NCBI GenBank assembly: GCA_041615815.1
Contig: JBFJCP010000026.1
Coordinates: 1 to 64,000, forward strand
Reading direction: 5' to 3'
From: Gemmatimonadales bacterium
GTDB taxonomy: Bacteria; Gemmatimonadota; Gemmatimonadetes; Gemmatimonadales; GWC2-71-9
DNA: 64,000 nucleotides
Part shown: positions 47,743-58,060 of the stretch, one piece after another
Position numbering within the stretch: position 1 is the first letter of the stretch
How the letters are laid out: every line of letters starts with the position of its first letter
Translations under genes and position numbers: made by a program
Notes under the pieces: generated by a model
Told to the model about the DNA's origin: nothing
Databases searched by the model: none
The model's input: only the letters and a program-made list of their open reading frames with translations

Positions 47743-49353
47743 TCACTGGCCCGGCGCCGGAGCCGGCGTCAGTGCCTGACGGACCGGAGCTGGGAGAATT
47801 TCCCAGGCATACCGAATGTGCACGCCGCGTTGGGTACGAAACGGGTCTCCCGGGGTGGGAGACCGCAAGAACGCGTAGTGCACGGCGACGACGTGTTGAT
47901 GGGCGTCGATGAGCGGACCTCCGCTGCCACCCACGGTCGTCGTTGCCGAGTGAATGACCTCGCTCGCCGTGGTATCGCTCACGCTGCCGTTCATGATGAG
48001 CGGCTGAATGAGTCGTCGCCTGGCCAATTCTTCCACAAGCCGGCGTTGATCGTCACCCACTCGCTGCAGGATCGTGGCACGTTCGGCCTGGTCGATGCGG
48101 AACAACAGGTTGAATGGTCCGGTGGGATAGCCAATGAAGATGAGCGGATCCCCTGGTTGCGCGGCCGCGGTTGCCGCTGCCAGCGGCAGCACCGGCGCCG
48201 AAATGGGATTCCCCAGGATTCTGAGTAACGCCACGTCCGCGGCGCGAGATACCGTCTCCACGACCACGGGTGACGATCGGTCACCCGGTGGGAAGTAGGC
48301 CCTGAGATCGAGGATCCGGCCGGAGACGTCGAACCCTGCGGCTCGTATGGCATCCAGGTCGCTGTCATCCTCCCAGGGTCGTGCCACGTGCCGGTTGGTG
48401 ATCATCCAGCCCGTCGAGTCGATGAGAAAGCCGGTAGCGGTCCCGTCATGCTTGACCGGGGGGCCAGACCCGCCGAGCACGATTGCCGGGATCTCCTCTC
48501 CCCGGGGGCCGCGTCGGACGACGACCTTCCCAGCTTCGTCAACGGCGTAGCGCAGAAGGTCTCGTCCGTTGCCGTACCCATAGGAAAACACGATGAGGGC
48601 GACGCCGCGGGCATACTCGCGAATGGCTCCCAGGTCCACACGCGGATCGCGGGCAACGCTGCGCTGGGCGTCGTCCACCGCCTGCGCGAGGGAGTCGTAC
48701 CGCGCTCCCACGGAGGCCATCTGCTGTTCCAGCGCCGAGCGGGACGAGCGCTCGCTGGCCAGAGCCACGGAGAGGCCGGCGAGCTCCTGTTCCATTCGCT
48801 TCTTGCTGAACTGTTGCCAGGCCACCACGCCCAGGATGGCCACGACGCCCAGGATGGCCAAGGCCACCAGCTGGCGCCCACGACGTTCGGAGCGTGCGTA
48901 GGTGATGGCGGCGAGTTCTCGCGTCGTTGCGAGCTGTGGGTTGGACTCTGCGCCGTCAGGCGCCATGGCCTCGCGCTTGGTGCGCTCGATGAAGGCCAAC
49001 GCCCGTCGCATGTCACCTGGATCCAGGGTCTGCGTGGTTCCCGGGGCGACGCTCATCACGAAGTGCGCCGCCGGACCGCCCGGCCCGAACTGCACGAGAT
49101 CGCCGTCGTCGAGCGCCCGCTCGCTCACGCGGTCAGCGTTGACGAACGTCCCGTTGCGACTGCCGTCGTCCCGCAGCACGTAGGTGTCTTCTGCGGTTCT
49201 CGAGATGGTGGCGTGATGGGCCGAGACCAATACTTCATTGGCTTCGAAGGGGACGGTTCGATCGGTGGCACGCCCAAATGTCGTGGCGATCTCCGAAAGA
49301 TCGACGGCGGTCCCGGCTTTGCTACCGGTGATGAAGACGAGTCGAGCGGGCAT
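47743..49353 (-). CDS. FHA domain - TM - coiled coil - trypsin-like serine protease
   Basis: FGR, VSAHHA and SRNGTFVN (FHA). TNRHV, DVALL and GGSGGP (His-Asp-Ser triad). Confidence 0.88.
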   Translation of the reverse strand: MPARLVFITGSKAGTAVDLSEIATTFGRATDRTVPFEANEVLVSAHHATISRTAEDTYVLRDDGSRNGTFVNADRVSERALDDGDLVQFGPGGPAAHFVMSVAPGTTQTLDPGDMRRALAFIERTKREAMAPDGAESNPQLATTRELAAITYARSERRGRQLVALAILGVVAILGVVAWQQFSKKRMEQELAGLSVALASERSSRSALEQQMASVGARYDSLAQAVDDAQRSVARDPRVDLGAIREYARGVALIVFSYGYGNGRDLLRYAVDEAGKVVVRRGPRGEEIPAIVLGGSGPPVKHDGTATGFLIDSTGWMITNRHVARPWEDDSDLDAIRAAGFDVSGRILDLRAYFPPGDRSSPVVVETVSRAADVALLRILGNPISAPVLPLAAATAAAQPGDPLIFIGYPTGPFNLLFRIDQAERATILQRVGDDQRRLVEELARRRLIQPLIMNGSVSDTTASEVIHSATTTVGGSGGPLIDAHQHVVAVHYAFLRSPTPGDPFRTQRGVHIRYAWEILPAPVRQALTPAPAPGQ

Positions 49354-49379
49354 GCGTGGTTGTCCCCAGGTGTGGCCGT

Positions 49380-49433
49380 AGCGTACCCGCTCCCGGGTGT
49401 CACTGTCAAGCAAGTCGAGGCGGGCTTTTGACA
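49380..49433. promoter_or_regulatory. Divergent promoter region with two outward-facing TTGACA boxes
   Basis: Minus strand: TTGACA (49409-49404), 18-nt spacer, TACGCT (49385-49380). Plus strand: TTGACA at 49428-49433. Confidence 0.45.
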
Positions 49434-49500
49434 AATCTTTTACAATTATCGAGCAGCGGTCCGGAACCCCAGGGGGTAGCTTTCAGTATTGAGCATAGGG

Positions 49501-50316
49501 ATGCGTAGCGTGCTGTCGTTCAAAAACTTGCGCGGGCCGGCGGTGCTCGCCCTGCTCGCGCTCGTTCTTGCGACGGGCGCCGCCGCTCATCGTGCGCATG
49601 TGCCTCCCGCATTGCCCAGTTCGAACGTCGAAACGTCAGTGACGGCCCGGCCCCCCGCAGGTCGGGTATTCTATTTCACCCGGGCGGTGTACAGCGATTA
49701 TGCTGGCCGGCGCCGTGGGTCATGGAGCACGGATTATCCCAAGGCCGACCGACAGTTTCTGATCGGGCTCAAACATCTCACGATCATCGATGCCTATGAG
49801 GCTGAAAACGCCGTGCGGCTCGACGACCCGGACCTTCGACGATACCCCTTTCTCTATGCTGTCGAGGTCGGCTACATGGCGCTCACCGAGCCGGAGGTCC
49901 GTGGCTTACGGGACTATCTGTTGGCTGGAGGGTTCTTGGTAGTCGATGATTTTTGGGGCACGTTCGAATGGCAGAACTTCGAAATGCAAATTCGACGTGT
50001 GCTGCCCGAATACCCCATCGTCGACCTCGGCGCGGACCATCCGCTCATGAGCGCGTTCTACGATCTGTCCGAGATCCTGCAAGTACCCAATGTCCGGCTC
50101 GGCCGATCCGGAGGGCGGACGTGGGAGCGGGATGGCTACGAACCGGCCCTCCGTGGCATCTTCGATGAACATGGGCGTCTCATGGTTGTGATTAATTGGA
50201 ATACGGACCTCGGCGACGCATGGGAATGGGCGGAAGATCCGTGGTATCCGATACGGTTCTCCAACTTCGCGTATCAGCTGGGTGTGAACATGATCATGTA
50301 CGGAATGAGTCACTAG
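49501..50316 (+). CDS. DUF4159 domain protein (exported), copy 1
   Basis: FYFTRAVY, WSTDYPKAD, LRDYLLAGGFLVVDDF and NTDLGDAWEW. Confidence 0.82.
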   Translation: MRSVLSFKNLRGPAVLALLALVLATGAAAHRAHVPPALPSSNVETSVTARPPAGRVFYFTRAVYSDYAGRRRGSWSTDYPKADRQFLIGLKHLTIIDAYEAENAVRLDDPDLRRYPFLYAVEVGYMALTEPEVRGLRDYLLAGGFLVVDDFWGTFEWQNFEMQIRRVLPEYPIVDLGADHPLMSAFYDLSEILQVPNVRLGRSGGRTWERDGYEPALRGIFDEHGRLMVVINWNTDLGDAWEWAEDPWYPIRFSNFAYQLGVNMIMYGMSH

Positions 50317-50318
50317 GC

Positions 50319-52616
50319 ATGGACGCGGCGTTCGAATCGGTGTTCGCCTTCCTGTTCAAGTACCGGCCCTTCGTGTTCGAAAAGGGCACGGTGGCACTTG
50401 GCGTGGCTTGGCCTGGACTGGTGTTAGCGTTGGGTGGGGGGGTGGCGGCCATCACTGTCTATCTCTATCTGCGGTCGCCTGGCAAACTGCATCCAGCCGA
50501 TCGGGGCGTGCTCACCGTGCTGCGGCTGGGTGTTGTGGGTCTCCTCACGTTCGTGCTCCTTCGTCCCTTGCTCGTCGTGGCCAGCGTCGTCCCCCAGCAG
50601 AACTTTCTGGCGATCGTGGTCGATGATTCCCGAAGTATGCAGGTCGCCGATGCCGATGGTCGTGCGCGCGCGGCCGTGGTGAAGGAGATGTTCGGTGCGG
50701 AAGGTGGGGACGTGGCCCGTGCACTCGCCGACCGATTCAAGTTGCGGTTCTTCAGATTTGATGGGGCCACCGAACGGGTGGAGGCCGTGGACGGACTGGC
50801 CTTTGCGGGCACGCGGACCGCCGTGGGTCAAGCGCTCGAACACGCCCGCCAGGAGTTGAGTGCCGTGCCGCTTGCGGGGATGGTGCTGGTGTCCGACGGT
50901 GCCGACAACTCGGATGCGGCCCTCACCGAGCCGCTGCTGCGGCTCAAGGCGAGCGGGCTGCCTGTCTATACGGTTGGCGTAGGCCGGGAGCGGTTTTCCA
51001 AAGACATCGCGTTGGGACGGGTGGAGACCCCGCGCCGCGTGCTGAAGGGCTCGACGCTGGTCGTTGAGCTCTACATTGGGCATTCGGGCTTCGGCGGGCA
51101 GACCGTGCCGGTCCAGGTCGAGAGCGATGGACGAATTGTGAGCACGGAGCAGGTGGTCCTTCCGCGAGGCGGCGAAACGGCGACGGTGCCGGTCCAGTTT
51201 CCGGCAGACGAGGCCGGGCCGCGGCTGTTTCGGTTCCACGTTCCGCCGCAGCCAGGTGAACTGGTGAAGGAGAACAACACCCGGGAAGCGCTGATCATCG
51301 TCGAGGGTGGCCGTCAGAAGATCCTGTACTTCGAGGGCGAGCCCAGGTTCGAATTCAAGTTCGTCCGACGCGCCGTGGCGGACGACCAGAACCTCCAGGT
51401 CGTGGGCTTCATGCGGATGGCGGAAAACAACTACGGGCGCTATCAGGTCGAAAGTCCCGACGAGCTCGCAGCGGGATTTCCGTCGACCCGAGAGGAGTTA
51501 TTCGGGTACCACGGCCTGATCCTCGGTAGTGTGGAAGCGAGCTTTTTCACGCAGGATCAACTCCGCATGATTGGGGAATTCGTGAGCCAGCGGGGCGGAG
51601 GCTTGCTCATGCTGGGTGGTCGCCATGCGTTTGCGCAGGGCGGCTATGGCGAAACCGCCGTCGCGGACGCGCTCCCCGTCGTGATCCCACCGTTGGATCC
51701 CGTGGACGGGTCCCCGTCGGCCACCGAGATCAAGGTGGAACCCACTCCGGTGGGGGTGAGCCACCCGGCCACACAGATCGCCACCACTCTCGAGGCCTCG
51801 GCTGATCGGTGGGAAGCGTTACCACCGCTCACCACGGTCACTCCCATCCGCGACGTGAAGCCAGGTGCCAGCACGCTCTTGAGCGGCACCGCCACAACGG
51901 CTGACGACCGGGTCGTGGTCCTCGCAGCGCAACGCTACGGTCGGGGCCGGTCCCTTGCACTCCCCATACAGGACTCCTGGCTCTGGCAGATGCACGCCGA
52001 GATTCCCATTGACGACCCGACCCACGAGCGCTTTTGGCAACAGCTCCTGCGGTGGCTGGTCAGCGGCGCCCCGGACCGTGTCATGGTGATGCCCTCAGAG
52101 GACCGCGTGGGCCTCGGTCGCTCGGTCACGCTGGCCGCCGAGGTCTCGGATTCGGCGTATCTCCGGCTCAATGGCGCCGAGGTGCGGGCCCGCCTCACGT
52201 CGCCGTCGGGCGTGGAACGCGATCTGACGCTTGAGTGGGCGGTGGACGAAGATGGGCGGTATGAGGTCGACTTCGTGGCCGACGAGCGTGGCCTGTATTC
52301 CTTCACGGTGGAGGCGGGCACGCGTGATGGGGTCGTGGGGGACAACCGTGGATACGTCTACGCTGCCGATCCCACCGACGAGTTCTTCGAGTCGGAGCTT
52401 CGCGCGGAAACGCTGCAACGGATTGCCGAAGAGACGGGTGGCCGGTACTACACCCAGCGGACCCTCGGCGGGTTGCCCGAGGATGTCCAGTACACCGAGA
52501 GCGGGACGACGGTGCGAGAAGAAAAAGATCTGTGGGACATGCCCGTCGTCTTTTTCCTCCTCGTCACGCTGTTAGCGGCGGAATGGGGCTACCGGCGCCT
52601 CCGGGGGCTCGTATGA
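50319..52616 (+). CDS. Membrane protein with vWA (MIDAS), Ig-like and GATase-like domains
   Basis: VVDDSRSM, LVSDG, LYFEGEPRFE and GGGLLMLGG, plus C-terminal TM ...AAEWGYRR. Confidence 0.82.
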   Translation: MDAAFESVFAFLFKYRPFVFEKGTVALGVAWPGLVLALGGGVAAITVYLYLRSPGKLHPADRGVLTVLRLGVVGLLTFVLLRPLLVVASVVPQQNFLAIVVDDSRSMQVADADGRARAAVVKEMFGAEGGDVARALADRFKLRFFRFDGATERVEAVDGLAFAGTRTAVGQALEHARQELSAVPLAGMVLVSDGADNSDAALTEPLLRLKASGLPVYTVGVGRERFSKDIALGRVETPRRVLKGSTLVVELYIGHSGFGGQTVPVQVESDGRIVSTEQVVLPRGGETATVPVQFPADEAGPRLFRFHVPPQPGELVKENNTREALIIVEGGRQKILYFEGEPRFEFKFVRRAVADDQNLQVVGFMRMAENNYGRYQVESPDELAAGFPSTREELFGYHGLILGSVEASFFTQDQLRMIGEFVSQRGGGLLMLGGRHAFAQGGYGETAVADALPVVIPPLDPVDGSPSATEIKVEPTPVGVSHPATQIATTLEASADRWEALPPLTTVTPIRDVKPGASTLLSGTATTADDRVVVLAAQRYGRGRSLALPIQDSWLWQMHAEIPIDDPTHERFWQQLLRWLVSGAPDRVMVMPSEDRVGLGRSVTLAAEVSDSAYLRLNGAEVRARLTSPSGVERDLTLEWAVDEDGRYEVDFVADERGLYSFTVEAGTRDGVVGDNRGYVYAADPTDEFFESELRAETLQRIAEETGGRYYTQRTLGGLPEDVQYTESGTTVREEKDLWDMPVVFFLLVTLLAAEWGYRRLRGLV

Positions 52617-53611
52617 GCCGGACTCTCGCGGTGCTCGTCGTGCTGCTCCTCCTGCGTGTCGTTCCGGCCGCAGCCCAGACGCACCTGATCGTTATCAGCG
52701 GGATTGCCGGAGATCCCGCCTTTGCCACGGAGCTTCACGTCTGGGCTATGGGGTTGATCGAAGCGGCGCGGGAACGGTTTGGGGTACCAAGCTCGGAAAT
52801 CGTCTATCTGGCGGAATCGCCAGACCGCGCCCCGGCGCACATTCGTGGGCGGTCTACGAAGGAGATGGTGGAGCAGACCTTTCGCGAGCTCGCTGCACGC
52901 GCGTCGAGCGATGCCCAACTCATCGTCGTGCTGTTCGGACATGGGAGTTTTCGCAACGGCGAGTCCCGCTTCAATCTTCCCGGCCCGGACATGACCGCAC
53001 AGGATTTTGCGGCGTTGTTGGACCTCTTCCCGACCCAACGCATCGGATTCGTGAACACGGCGAGCGCCAGTGGTGAGTTCGTGGCGGCCTTGTCGGGCGA
53101 AGGGCGGACGATCGTGACCGCTACCAAGAGCGGTTTCGAGCGAAACCGCACGCTCTTCGGGATGTTCTTCTCGGAGGCATTTGCGAAAGGGACGGCGGAC
53201 GTCGACAAAGACGATCGGATTTCGTTGCTCGAAGCGTTTCAATACGCGAGGAGCCAAGTGGCACGGATGTACGAGCAACAGAATCGGTTGTTGACGGAAC
53301 ATGCGGTCCTCGACGACAACGGTGACGGTCAGGGCACGACCGAGCCGGGGCCGGATGGTGCGGACGGGATGTTGGCCAAGGTGCTGTACCTCGCCGCTAG
53401 TGGAGCGGACACTCCCCGAGCCGGTGATCCGGCTCTCGGGGCGCTCTATCGTGAGCGCGATGTTCTGGAGCGCCAAGTCGCAGAGTTGCGAACGCGCAAA
53501 GACGCCATGGCACAGGACGCATACGAGCGAAAGCTGGAAGAACTCCTGGTGGCGTTGGCCCGTGCGTCTCGACGGATTCGGGAGCTCGAGGGATCGGTGG
53601 TGACCCCGTGA
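52613..53611 (+). CDS. Exported caspase/peptidase-C13-like fold protein with C-terminal coiled coil
   Basis: Signal peptide, LIVVLFGHGS, FVNTASASG, TATKSG and EF-hand-like DVDKDDRIS. ATGA overlap with the upstream stop. Confidence 0.6.
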   Translation: MSRTLAVLVVLLLLRVVPAAAQTHLIVISGIAGDPAFATELHVWAMGLIEAARERFGVPSSEIVYLAESPDRAPAHIRGRSTKEMVEQTFRELAARASSDAQLIVVLFGHGSFRNGESRFNLPGPDMTAQDFAALLDLFPTQRIGFVNTASASGEFVAALSGEGRTIVTATKSGFERNRTLFGMFFSEAFAKGTADVDKDDRISLLEAFQYARSQVARMYEQQNRLLTEHAVLDDNGDGQGTTEPGPDGADGMLAKVLYLAASGADTPRAGDPALGALYRERDVLERQVAELRTRKDAMAQDAYERKLEELLVALARASRRIRELEGSVVTP

Positions 53612-56232
53612 GAGGCGCCGTGTTCACCGTCGGGCTGATGCTGCTGCTCGGTACTCCGCTCGGCGCGCAGCCGCCAGCGGCGCAGTCCGCCCTCATACGT
53701 GGGGATTACGATCGGGCCGTCAGCCTCTACGAGCGAGCCGTGGCCCAAGATCCCACCCCGGCAACCGTGCGTGGCCTCGCGCGCGCCTTGTCTGAGGTGG
53801 GGCGGTACGCGGAGGCGGAGCGCGTGGTCGAAGCCCATGCGACCCGGTTCGCACCCCACCTGTGGAATACGCTGGGAGAGCTGCGGCTCCAGCGCGGCAA
53901 ACTGCGCGAGGCCGAATCCGCGTTCAACCAGGCTCTCACGGAAGGCGCGACCGATAGTGTGATGGCCCGTTTCCAGCGCGCCGCCCTCTTCTATCGACGC
54001 GGAGCGCTCACCCGCGCGATGGCGGAGTTCGACACCTTCTTTGACGTGTACAATCGAGGACGCAATCTCACCTCGCCCGAGCGTATGGCGGTGGCGCTTG
54101 CCATGCGGTACTTGAGCTTCGACGAGCCGCAGCGAGCCAAGGACGCGCTTCGTGCATTCGACGAGGCGATCACCGCGGATGGTAACAATCTGGAGGCGCG
54201 GGCGCGGTTGGGAGAATTGTTCCTCGAGAAATACAACGGGACCGATGCACTCGAGACCTTCAAGGCCATCCTCCAAGTCAATCCCAAATACCCGTGGGCG
54301 CTACTTGGTATGGCACGCACCAAGCATTTTGACGGATCGGATGAAAGCCTGGAGCTGGTGCAGCAGAGTCTCGAGGTCAATCCCAACCTGGTTGAGGCTC
54401 GGGCGTTTCTCGGTGCGCTCTACCTGGAGATGGAAGACTATGACGGCGCGCACCGAGAAGCTGAGCGAGCGCTGGAAACTGATCCCACGTCGCTGGACGC
54501 CCTGTCGATACTGGCCGCAAGCTACTTTTTCAGGGGACGGCGCGCCGAGTACGACGACACTCGGCGGCGCACGCTCGCCCTGAATCCCCGCTACGCGGAT
54601 CTCTACAACACCCTGTCCGAGTTGAGTGCCCGCATCCGGCGTTACGGTGACGCGGTGGACTTTGCGCGGCAGGCCGTGACCATCGATTCCACGTCGTGGC
54701 GCGGCTACGCGTTGCTGGGCCGGAATCAGCTTCGCCTCGGAACCATGCACGATGGTGCGCGAAACCTCGAGAAGGCATTCGCGGGAGATCCGTTTGACGT
54801 GTGGACCAAGAACACCTTGGATCTGCTGGATACGCTCACACAGTATCGGGAAACGGTGTCGCCCCGCTTCCGCTTTGTGATCGATGCCAAGGAATCCGAC
54901 CTGCTCTCGATCTACGCCGAAGTGCTGGCTGAAGACGCGTACGACAAGCTGGCTGCCCGCTACGCGTACCGGGCCCCGACCCCCGTGCGGGTGGAGATCT
55001 ATCCGAGTCACGCCGATTTCTCGGTGCGGACCGTGGGTCTCGTGGGGCTCGGCGCTCTGGGGGTGAGTTTTGGACCCGTGGTGGCCATGGACTCTCCCTC
55101 GGCACGGGACGAGGGGCACTTCAACTGGGGATCGACGTTGTGGCATGAACTGGCTCATACCTTTCATCTGGGTCTCAGCGACCATCGCGTTCCGCGGTGG
55201 CTCACTGAGGGTCTTGCGGTTCTCGAAGAGCGCCGGGCGCGCCCGGGGTGGGGGGACGACGTCTCGCCGGGGTTCCTCGTCGCATTCCTCCAGGATCGAC
55301 TGGTTCCGGTCAGCGATCTGAATCGCGGGTTCACGAGGCCGGCCTATCCACAGCAGATCATCTACTCCTATTATCAGGCATCGTTGGTCTGTGAGATGAT
55401 CGAAGAACGTCACGGGGTCGGAGCATTTCGAGCGCTCCTGGTGGGGTATCGGGACGGGAAGACGACGGCCGAGCTGTTTCGCTCGGTGCTCGGCACGACA
55501 CCGCGCCGGATGGACGGCGAGTTCGATGCGTACGTGCGTCGCCGATTCGGAGGAGCGCTCGACGCGCTCGGTCCTGCGGCGGCGGACGATCCGGAACGTC
55601 CACCGACGCCGGCGGCGCTCGCACTGCGCGCGCGGCGCGATCCCAACGACTTCGTTGCCCACTTGGTCACCGGGCAAGAGCTGGCACGCCAAGGGGACGT
55701 GGCTGCTGCCATTCCGTTTCTCGAGCGGGCCAAGGAACTGTTCCCGGAATACGCCGGAGCGGACAGTCCCTACTGGTTCCTGGCACAAATAGCGAAAGCG
55801 CGCGGAGACTTCGAGCGCGCCGCCACCGAGCTGGCGAACCTCACCGCCGTGAATGAGCGGCACTATGACGCACTGCTGGAGCTCGGAAACCTACGACGGC
55901 AGCTCAACGACGAACTCGGGACCATCGACGCATTGTCGCGCGCCGTGTACCTGTATCCATTCGACATGGAGCTCCACACGCGGTTGGCCGAACTGTATGC
56001 CGGAAGGGGCCGTTGGGCAGAAGCCGTGACCGAGCGCCGCGCGGTGCTCGCACTCAGACCGGTGGACCGGGCCGATGCGATCTATCAATTGGCACTGACG
56101 TACTACCGGGCCGGCAACATACTCGAGGCGCGGCGGTACGTGCTGCAGGCTCTGGAACGCGCGCCCAACTTTGCCGAGGCACAGGAGTTGCTCCTTGCCA
56201 TCCATGAGCAGCATCCGAGATCGGACCGATGA
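53608..56232 (+). CDS. Exported TPR protein with zincin (peptidase MA-like) domain
   Basis: Many TPR repeats and WHELAHTF...PRWLTEGLA (HExxH plus downstream E). Confidence 0.85.
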   Translation: MRGAVFTVGLMLLLGTPLGAQPPAAQSALIRGDYDRAVSLYERAVAQDPTPATVRGLARALSEVGRYAEAERVVEAHATRFAPHLWNTLGELRLQRGKLREAESAFNQALTEGATDSVMARFQRAALFYRRGALTRAMAEFDTFFDVYNRGRNLTSPERMAVALAMRYLSFDEPQRAKDALRAFDEAITADGNNLEARARLGELFLEKYNGTDALETFKAILQVNPKYPWALLGMARTKHFDGSDESLELVQQSLEVNPNLVEARAFLGALYLEMEDYDGAHREAERALETDPTSLDALSILAASYFFRGRRAEYDDTRRRTLALNPRYADLYNTLSELSARIRRYGDAVDFARQAVTIDSTSWRGYALLGRNQLRLGTMHDGARNLEKAFAGDPFDVWTKNTLDLLDTLTQYRETVSPRFRFVIDAKESDLLSIYAEVLAEDAYDKLAARYAYRAPTPVRVEIYPSHADFSVRTVGLVGLGALGVSFGPVVAMDSPSARDEGHFNWGSTLWHELAHTFHLGLSDHRVPRWLTEGLAVLEERRARPGWGDDVSPGFLVAFLQDRLVPVSDLNRGFTRPAYPQQIIYSYYQASLVCEMIEERHGVGAFRALLVGYRDGKTTAELFRSVLGTTPRRMDGEFDAYVRRRFGGALDALGPAAADDPERPPTPAALALRARRDPNDFVAHLVTGQELARQGDVAAAIPFLERAKELFPEYAGADSPYWFLAQIAKARGDFERAATELANLTAVNERHYDALLELGNLRRQLNDELGTIDALSRAVYLYPFDMELHTRLAELYAGRGRWAEAVTERRAVLALRPVDRADAIYQLALTYYRAGNILEARRYVLQALERAPNFAEAQELLLAIHEQHPRSDR

Positions 56233-56239
56233 GGGTGTC

Positions 56240-57010
56240 ATGATGTCACGATTGATTCTCGGCGTCGTGCTCGCGACGCTGCTGACCCAACCGCTCAACG
56301 CGCAGCGGCGTCGGGGAGGCGACGATGGTGACTACGCTCGGTTCAACGTCGCGTACGACGGACGCTTTACATTCGTGCGGCTGCGCTTCGATCCGATGGC
56401 TGGTTGGTCCGGTGGCGGAGGGTATTTTCGTGGTGACCAGAAGTGGGATCACGATTATCCACGGGCTGAGCGCAATCTCACCAAGATTCTCGACGAACTC
56501 ACGGCCTTAACGCCATATCTTGGTGGTAGCAACATCCTCACGGCGGAAGATCCCGAGTTGTTCAAGTACCCCGTGGCCTATCTCTCGGAGCCGGGATTCT
56601 GGACCGTGAACGACAAGGAAGTGGAGAATCTGCGCGCGTACCTTCTCAAAGGCGGCTTCATCATCTTCGACGATTTTGCCGGGGAGCAGTGGTACAATTT
56701 CGAGGAAAAGATGCGGCGCGTATTGCCCGAGGCGCAGCTCGTTCCCCTGGATCCGTCCTATCCGATCTTTCATTCGTTCTTCGACATCGAGGTATTGCCG
56801 GCGGCGCACCCCTACTGGGGGATGGCATCGGTCTATTATGGGATTTTCGAGGACAACGACCCGAGCAAGCGATTGATGGTGATCGTGAATTACAACAATG
56901 ACATTGGCGAGTACTGGGAATGGTCCGACGCAGGGTTCGTTCCCATCGAGCTCTCCAACGAGGCGTATAAGCTGGGTGTGAACTACATCGTCTATGCCAT
57001 GACTCATTAG
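56240..57010 (+). CDS. DUF4159 domain protein (exported), copy 2
   Basis: FTFVRLRF, WDHDYPRAE, LRAYLLKGGFIIFDDF and NNDIGEYWEW. Confidence 0.82.
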   Translation: MMSRLILGVVLATLLTQPLNAQRRRGGDDGDYARFNVAYDGRFTFVRLRFDPMAGWSGGGGYFRGDQKWDHDYPRAERNLTKILDELTALTPYLGGSNILTAEDPELFKYPVAYLSEPGFWTVNDKEVENLRAYLLKGGFIIFDDFAGEQWYNFEEKMRRVLPEAQLVPLDPSYPIFHSFFDIEVLPAAHPYWGMASVYYGIFEDNDPSKRLMVIVNYNNDIGEYWEWSDAGFVPIELSNEAYKLGVNYIVYAMTH

Positions 57011-57031
57011 AGGAGCAATCGCATCACTCCG

Positions 57032-58060
57032 ATGACCGATACCAACGTGACACTCGACTCTCGAGACGATATTGCCCTCGCGGACCGGCTCAAGGCGGGT
57101 CGCGATCGGATACTGGCTGAGGTCCGCAAGCGCATTGTGGGACAGGACGACGTCATTGAGCAGGTGCTGATGTGTCTGTTCGTCGGTGGCAACAGCCTCA
57201 TCGTGGGCGTTCCCGGGCTCGCCAAGACCTTGCTCATCCGCACGATCGCCCAGGTGCTCGACCTCAAGTTTTCCCGCATTCAGTTCACGCCGGACTTGAT
57301 GCCATCGGACATTACGGGTTCGGATCTCATTCAGGAGAATGCGACGACCGGCCGCCGGGAGATGACCTTCGTCCATGGACCGATCTTCGGGAATATCGTG
57401 CTGGCGGACGAGATCAATCGGACACCTCCAAAGACCCAAGCGGCGTTGCTCGAGGCGATGGAGGAGCACAAAGTCACGGTACAAGGACGAACCTACGACC
57501 TCGATGAGCCGTTCTTCGTCTTTGCCACTCAGAACCCGATCGAGCTGGAGGGAACCTACCCATTGCCGGAGGCTCAGCTCGACCGCTTCATGTTCAATAT
57601 CATCATCGACTACATGCCGGAAGAACACGAGTTGCAGGTGGTCCGTCAGACGACGGCCATCCAGAATTGGCGGTTCGAACCGACGCTCACCGGGCCGGAT
57701 ATTGTCGGTTTTCAAGAGCTCGTGCGCAAAGTTCCCGTGCCGGAACCGGTACTCAAGTATGCAGTGGACCTGGTCCGGACGTCGCGGCCCAACAAGAACG
57801 GTGCGCCCGAATTCGTCACGCGGTGGGTTTCCTACGGGGCCAGCGTGCGGGCGGCGCAGTACTTGGTGCTGGGGGCGAAAGCGCGGGCGCTGATGCAGGG
57901 GCGGTACCACGTGACGTTTGAGGACATTCGTGGCCTCGCACATCCGGTTCTTCGGCACCGCATCCTCAAGAATTTCCATGCCGAGTCGGAGCAAGTCTCG
58001 GCTGATCGACTGGTGGACGAGCTCCTCAAGGCGGTGCCCGTTCCGGCTTCGGGCATGTGA
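57032..58060 (+). CDS. moxR: MoxR-family AAA+ ATPase
   Basis: GVPGLAKT, RIQFTPDLMPSD, LADEINR and ATQNPIELEGTYPLPEAQLDRF. Confidence 0.95.
   Translation: MTDTNVTLDSRDDIALADRLKAGRDRILAEVRKRIVGQDDVIEQVLMCLFVGGNSLIVGVPGLAKTLLIRTIAQVLDLKFSRIQFTPDLMPSDITGSDLIQENATTGRREMTFVHGPIFGNIVLADEINRTPPKTQAALLEAMEEHKVTVQGRTYDLDEPFFVFATQNPIELEGTYPLPEAQLDRFMFNIIIDYMPEEHELQVVRQTTAIQNWRFEPTLTGPDIVGFQELVRKVPVPEPVLKYAVDLVRTSRPNKNGAPEFVTRWVSYGASVRAAQYLVLGAKARALMQGRYHVTFEDIRGLAHPVLRHRILKNFHAESEQVSADRLVDELLKAVPVPASGM

Noticed and set aside
47486..47746. 86-aa minus-strand ORF overlapping the protease stop
   Set aside because: It is Arg/Gly-rich with no motif, which is not enough support.
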